Position numbers and translations under genes: made by a program. DNA of 64,000 nt from positions 1 through 64,000 of the forward strand of contig JAYWIR010000084.1 in assembly GCA_036172245.1 (NCBI GenBank). The letters run 5' to 3'. Numbering within the stretch: the stretch's first letter is position 1; each line of letters begins with the position of its first letter. Below, piece by piece: positions 63,061 through 64,000 of the stretch. The notes under the pieces are model-generated. The model was not told the origin of the DNA, did no database searches, and was given only the letters and a program-made list of their open reading frames with translations. This DNA comes from Raillietiella orientalis. Taxonomy: Eukaryota.

Positions 63061-64000
63061 CGGCTACGGTCTACTCGTTTTGATACATTAACGCAGCGCT
63101 CGTGACGCTAATATTGATCTAAGAGTTCTATTTGGATCTGCAGTTTTCGTAGTTTATTCTTCGTTGTCTTATTCCTACTTGTAGGAATAATACAACGAAG
63201 CATTTTACACGGGGGGTAAAAGATCAGCAGATGCGCAATGTCACGACGGACTATAGGGGGTAATTCCAGCTCCACTAGTGGATGTGTGCCTGATCGAAAT
63301 TCTGGAGGGTTGTTTGCTGTTTGGTTTCGGTGCTTTATAATTTGAAACAATTTCTCTCTTTCAAGTGTTCATAAGTAGGCAGCACGATTATGCCACTTAG
63401 TGCGATCCATTCAGTGGGGTTTGATACCTGGCATGGATTGGTAGTATGGAGCTCACCATGGAAGAAACGAGGTCCGTCACTGCTGAACTCTTACTGTGCT
63501 TATAACCGGGAGGTGTATTGGTGTGGACATCAGCTGACTTCAGTAATGGTGGATTGTTAGATTGTAGCAGCATGCTGTAGTATATGCTGACAGTGACATC
63601 AAGAAATCTGTGAAACAGTGCTCTGCTCCACAGATTTGTTACATCCTGAAGTAGTGTTGGTAAGAGAAGCGTTTGAAAGATGGTTTGAATGTTTGAGACA
63701 GAATACAGCTTGGTATGATTAGCATTTTGATGTTTTGATGAAAATTGAGTATGTGGCATTAATTCATGGATCACTGATGATTGGACAGTGTCTGTTACAG
63801 ATTATTGGGGCATTTACTATGACATTATTGTAAATGATGAAAAGATTTAATTAGGGGAGTGCTAATTGACTGTTATGCATGTAAATCCTGAAGGTCATTT
63901 GAACTGTAATTGATTGTTCCGCCTTCTTGTGCATCTTAAATTATCTATTGACGTATAAAGGGTTGGGATTATGGAAAGGGGGTACACAGTCCAACAAAAG

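Noticed and set aside
1..64000. CRISPR array, prokaryotic operon, rRNA or tRNA genes
   Set aside because: No regularly spaced short repeats, operon structure or structural RNA signatures seen; a spliceosomal intron and LINEs indicate a eukaryote.

Overview
Eukaryotic DNA, most likely arthropod or insect (inferred). It contains no recognisable intact housekeeping gene and reads as a dense graveyard of decayed fragments. Main contents: (1) about 20 pieces of L1/Tx1-clade non-LTR retrotransposons on both strands, six of them ending in a shared AATAAA-plus-hairpin 3' terminus; (2) several R2/NeSL(Utopia)-type RT or REL chips; (3) a piggyBac transposase remnant; (4) a frameshifted ankyrin-PRANC gene; (5) an intron-retaining, internally deleted RFC1 copy; (6) at 49.6-57.2 kb and 62-64 kb, a cluster of endogenous viral elements (EVEs). 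The EVE cluster holds a phasmavirus-like nucleoprotein, six divergent fragments of a second nucleoprotein-like family (tentatively qin-like) and two copies of an unknown protein, each downstream of a Utopia-like RT chip. Every viral, host-gene and R2/piggyBac relic lies on the minus strand. This is what a plus-strand-transcribed, uni-strand piRNA cluster acting as an antiviral archive would look like. Family assignments come from recalled motifs, not database searches, and most boundaries are approximate.
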